Assembly: GCA_965222375.1 (NCBI GenBank)
Contig: CBDCTZ010000011.1
Location: 352,001 to 416,000 of the forward strand
Length of the DNA: 64,000 nucleotides
Source: Polyangiaceae bacterium
Lineage (GTDB): Bacteria; Myxococcota_A; Polyangia; Polyangiales; Polyangiaceae
Direction of reading: 5' to 3'
The notes below the pieces were generated by a model. It made no database searches. It saw only the letters and a list, made by a program, of their open reading frames with translations, and was not told the DNA's origin. The position numbers and the translations under genes were made by a program. Positions 60,558-64,000 of this stretch are shown here, in pieces (the first letter of the stretch is position 1; each line of letters begins with the position of its first letter).

Positions 60558-62306
60558 ATGGCGGACGGCGCTGAATTCTGTTGGATCAGCCGAGAGGGGC
60601 ATCTCCAGAGCGGGCATCGCGAACGCATGCTGGCGTGCCTCAAGGATGGTTCGCTACCCACCGATAATCCCGTCACCCGCGCGGGTTGGTCCGGCTGGTT
60701 CGCGGCTGGGGAAGTCATCGCCAACGACGGGGCGCCCACCGAGCGGGAGCCCACCTTTGATTTGGTTCGGGTATCTCGCCGTTTCGACTTGGATGCGGAT
60801 TCGACCATTCAGCGCTTGAAGAAGCTGCCGAGCTTCGAAGACGCCCCCGACACTCTTCGCGACTCCAAGCCTCCGCTCACACCGGTGCCCAGCAACCCGA
60901 CCCACGAGCTGCCCACGGTGCCGAGCGGGATCCCTGCATTCTGCCCGGAAGACGCAGCCGTTTCGAGCAGCGCAGCTCCGTCGGCATCTCGCGTGACCCT
61001 GCAGTCTCCCCAGTTCCCTCCCAAACTCGCCGCGCTGCTTGGCCCCCCCAAGACCCCGGCGCGTCCCGAGCCCCCGCCGCTCCCAGCGCGGGCAGTGGCC
61101 GCGGCGTCCGAGAACCCCCAGGTGGTGACACCGACCCAAGTACCGTCGGTCTTCCCAACCGCAATCGACGTGAGCCCCAGCGCCCGAGGGGCCTCGCCTT
61201 GGCCCGCAATGGTCGGGATCGGCCTCGCGCTGGCCGGTGCGGCGACGGCGGCCATGATTGTCGCGCATGCTGCCTCCCAGCTCGAAGCGCCGAGGCTTCA
61301 CAGCGCCGCTCGGGTCACGATCCCCAAGGTCACGCCGAAACCCGTACTGCCGACCCAATGTCGCTCCGCGGGAGACCCGCGCTTGCTCACCAAGATTGTG
61401 CCGCCTGGCTCCACCGTACACATCGGTGGTGAGCACCGGCTCGAAGTGGGCGTGCCCAACTCCCTGAAGTCCGGTTTGGGTTTGACTCTGGAGCCCACTG
61501 ATCTCAGCGAGCACTCCCGAGAAGTCTTTGCGGACTCGGTTCGCGTGTCGGGCATCGTGCCCCGAGGGGACGGAGGTTTTTCCGTTGACCGCTACACAGT
61601 GAGCGTTGCGGGGCGGTTTTCTTTGGGCATGACCCCAGAAGGGTTTGCGCGGATCGATTCCGATGGGACCCGTCGTGGAATTTGGCCCGGAGAAGCCTCG
61701 AGCGTCATCACTCGCCCGGTGGTCGCCCAAGCTCGCAGCGGCGATTTCGTCGTGGCGTTTCGTCGTGGCGCCGGCGGCGGTAGCGTTCGCATGGGCATCG
61801 TGGACTCCGAAGGCAACAAGCGTACGGAACTCGCCCGACTGGGAACGGATCTCATCAGCGCGGGTTCACCCAGCGTCGCGGTCGGTGCAGATTCGACGGC
61901 CGTACTCTTCTCGGGGATGGATCGCGACGGAGTTCGACGCCTGTACATGGGTGTTGCTGCGAGCGGAGCCGTACCCAGTGCAGTTCAGGCACTGGAGCTG
62001 TCGTCCAAAACGCCGTCTAGTCCCTCCGTCGCTGCCCTCGAGGGCGGACGTTTTCTCGTTGCCTGGGTGGAGCGCAGGGGTGGCGGCCGCAGCATCAAGG
62101 GCCGTGTGGTGGACGCCAAGCTGCGTCCCGTGGCGCCAACGACGACCTGGGCGGACATCGACGTGCCCGTGGCATCCACCGCGCTCTGGGTTCGGCCCAA
62201 GGGCGCGGCGGTCTTGCTCACGAAGGTCGCGGCCAGCTCCCGCCATGAACTGTCGGCGGTTCGGCTCGAGTGCTTGCCTCGGTCGCCCAGCTCGGCGTCC
62301 CCCTGA
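60558..62306 (+). CDS. Membrane protein: GYF-like N-terminus, Pro-rich linker, TM, extracellular beta domain
   Basis: GSLPTDNPVTRAGWSGW motif; single TM. Confidence 0.65.
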   Translation: MADGAEFCWISREGHLQSGHRERMLACLKDGSLPTDNPVTRAGWSGWFAAGEVIANDGAPTEREPTFDLVRVSRRFDLDADSTIQRLKKLPSFEDAPDTLRDSKPPLTPVPSNPTHELPTVPSGIPAFCPEDAAVSSSAAPSASRVTLQSPQFPPKLAALLGPPKTPARPEPPPLPARAVAAASENPQVVTPTQVPSVFPTAIDVSPSARGASPWPAMVGIGLALAGAATAAMIVAHAASQLEAPRLHSAARVTIPKVTPKPVLPTQCRSAGDPRLLTKIVPPGSTVHIGGEHRLEVGVPNSLKSGLGLTLEPTDLSEHSREVFADSVRVSGIVPRGDGGFSVDRYTVSVAGRFSLGMTPEGFARIDSDGTRRGIWPGEASSVITRPVVAQARSGDFVVAFRRGAGGGSVRMGIVDSEGNKRTELARLGTDLISAGSPSVAVGADSTAVLFSGMDRDGVRRLYMGVAASGAVPSAVQALELSSKTPSSPSVAALEGGRFLVAWVERRGGGRSIKGRVVDAKLRPVAPTTTWADIDVPVASTALWVRPKGAAVLLTKVAASSRHELSAVRLECLPRSPSSASP

Positions 62307-62311
62307 TTCGT

Positions 62312-64000
62312 CTAGTTCTTACAGGCGAAGGGGCGAGGTCCGGACATCCCGAGGCGGGGGGAACTCTGGTTGTAGCGCTTGGGGTCTTCGGCGACGACTT
62401 GCTTCCGATTTGCCAGCGAGTGCGCGAAGGCGTCTCGCAACAGGGTCTCGGTGTCGATGCGCACTCGACCGGTCAGATCCACGCCCTCGAACAGGCCGTC
62501 CCCCCCCGTTGCCAGATAGTCACTCGTGATGATCACGAGCGAGGCATCGTCCTGGATTGGGCGACCGCGGCCGTCCAGCGCGGTGACTCCGAGTTTTCCG
62601 CCTTGGCAGGTGACTCGCAGGCGCATGCCACTGACGGAGAGCATGCCGTGCGCGGTGGATTGCACGTGGCGCTTCAGTACCGAGGCCAATTCCGCCCCGG
62701 TCAAGGTGACGCGCGCAACCCGGTTATCGAAAGGCATGGTCTCGAACAGCTTTCCGTAGCTCAGGGGACCAGGTGGCAGATCAGCTCTGAGTCCGCCGCC
62801 ATTCATGATCGCGATTTGGCCATCGGTCGCGAATTCCAGCAGTAGGTCCGACAGCAGGTTGCCCAGGTCCGACGCTTGGTCGAAGGCGCGCCGCACCGTG
62901 CCCTTGATCTCCACTCCCACTTTGGCGTTGCGCTTGGTTGCAGCGCGCTGCTGCGCTGGTTGAATCGAACTGGCAATGGCGCTGTCAGGCGCGATGACCA
63001 CACCTTCGTACTTCGCTCCGGTGCAGGGTGGCCGTTCGGAATTCGACGCACACAAATCCTGGGGTGGATGCAGGGTGAGCCGCACGGGACCGTGTGGCGG
63101 CACGAAGGCGTCCACCCTGGAGAACGCGCGCCCATAAGCGTGCGCTTGCACCACGACGATGCCGTTCATCCGATGAGCCACGGCTTTGTGGGTGTGCCCC
63201 CCGAAGATGATGTCGACGCTTCCCTTGGGCAGCGCCCGGGTCAACTGCTCCAATTCGGAGCCGGGTTTGCAACTGGAAGTATCTGCTGGGTTCGAAAAAT
63301 CGCTGCAGTCGGCACCCAGGTGCGTCATCGCGACGACGAGTCGCGCGCCAGCCTTGCGCAAAGCGGCAGCCTGTTGGGTCAGTCGAGGCGCGAGAGGGGC
63401 GACGCTGAGCCCCTCGAAATATGCCGGCATGACGATCTTCGGCGTCTCTTCCGTGATCCCGCCCACGAGGCCAACCCGTACGCCGGCAACCTCCACCAGC
63501 ACGGAGTCCCCGAGCCCGCGCCAGGCGGGGCGCTTGCGAGTGCGCGCGTCGACCAAGTTCACGCTGAGGACGGGGTGCCCGGCCTCGCTGATTCGCGCAC
63601 GAAGCGCCCCGAATAGATCGACACCTGGGCTAGGACTCACGTCTCCCTCGGGGCCGAAGTCGAACTCGTGGTTGCCCAAGGCGACGGCGTCGTAACCAAG
63701 AGCGCGATACGCTTGCACCACGACGCGACCCTCTTCCTGATTGGAATCCAGCGTACCCTGCAGGTAGTCCCCGGCGTCCAGCAGCAGCACGCCACCGTCT
63801 TGGGCGCGCAAGGTTCGGAGCTGCTGCACGAAGCTCGACAGCAGAGGCAAGGCTTCGATGTGGCCATGCAGATCCGTGGTGCCAACGAGGGTCAAGGTCT
63901 TGCCCCCACCGGCGGAGGGCGCGACGGCCGGGGCTTTTGGCGCCGCCGGCGGGTTCCCGCTCGCGGCGCGCTCGCAGTTGGCCGCTACGGGGAAGCAGGC
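62312..64000 (-). CDS. Bifunctional metallophosphatase / 5'-nucleotidase; start lies beyond the right edge
   Basis: TTDLHG, DAGD, GNHEFD, GGHTH, NGGGLR, PFDN, GGDG; frame open to 64000. Confidence 0.95.
   Translation of the reverse strand, partial: ACFPVAANCERAASGNPPAAPKAPAVAPSAGGGKTLTLVGTTDLHGHIEALPLLSSFVQQLRTLRAQDGGVLLLDAGDYLQGTLDSNQEEGRVVVQAYRALGYDAVALGNHEFDFGPEGDVSPSPGVDLFGALRARISEAGHPVLSVNLVDARTRKRPAWRGLGDSVLVEVAGVRVGLVGGITEETPKIVMPAYFEGLSVAPLAPRLTQQAAALRKAGARLVVAMTHLGADCSDFSNPADTSSCKPGSELEQLTRALPKGSVDIIFGGHTHKAVAHRMNGIVVVQAHAYGRAFSRVDAFVPPHGPVRLTLHPPQDLCASNSERPPCTGAKYEGVVIAPDSAIASSIQPAQQRAATKRNAKVGVEIKGTVRRAFDQASDLGNLLSDLLLEFATDGQIAIMNGGGLRADLPPGPLSYGKLFETMPFDNRVARVTLTGAELASVLKRHVQSTAHGMLSVSGMRLRVTCQGGKLGVTALDGRGRPIQDDASLVIITSDYLATGGDGLFEGVDLTGRVRIDTETLLRDAFAHSLANRKQVVAEDPKRYNQSSPRLGMSGPRPFACKN

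Overview
GC-rich bacterial DNA, most likely Myxococcota (Polyangiaceae-like). This is inferred from a MYXO-CTERM-tailed protein, PEGA/Ser-Thr kinase remnants, many Gly/Cys-rich lipoproteins and a DUF222/HNH-type gene. Recognisable housekeeping loci are groES-groEL with a CIRCE, TPP riboswitch-thiC, corA, a REC-GGDEF protein, LysR/DoxX and a 5'-nucleotidase. The main observations not visible in the ORF track are: (1) a ~105-bp copy of the groEL 3' end plus its terminator at 728-833, which defines a ~12-kb integrase-less island downstream of groEL. The island carries AbiE and MNT-HEPN toxin-antitoxin modules with visible operators, a duplicated META lipoprotein, two copies of a hexamer-built foldback element, and a four-helix-bundle gene whose Shine-Dalgarno is locked in a perfect hairpin. 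(2) A perfect 73-nt cloverleaf with initiator-tRNA hallmarks but an aberrant anticodon loop, heading a structured leader and a translationally coupled two-gene operon (helical protein plus S24/S26-like peptidase). (3) An HNH gene bracketed by 52-bp direct repeats ending in a palindrome. (4) A non-coding array of ~9.5 identical 119-bp units, each made of four hairpins. (5) Several deletion-fusion chimeras with homopolymer frameshifts, which reflect either real decay or assembly error. All product calls come from motif recognition by eye; no searches were run.
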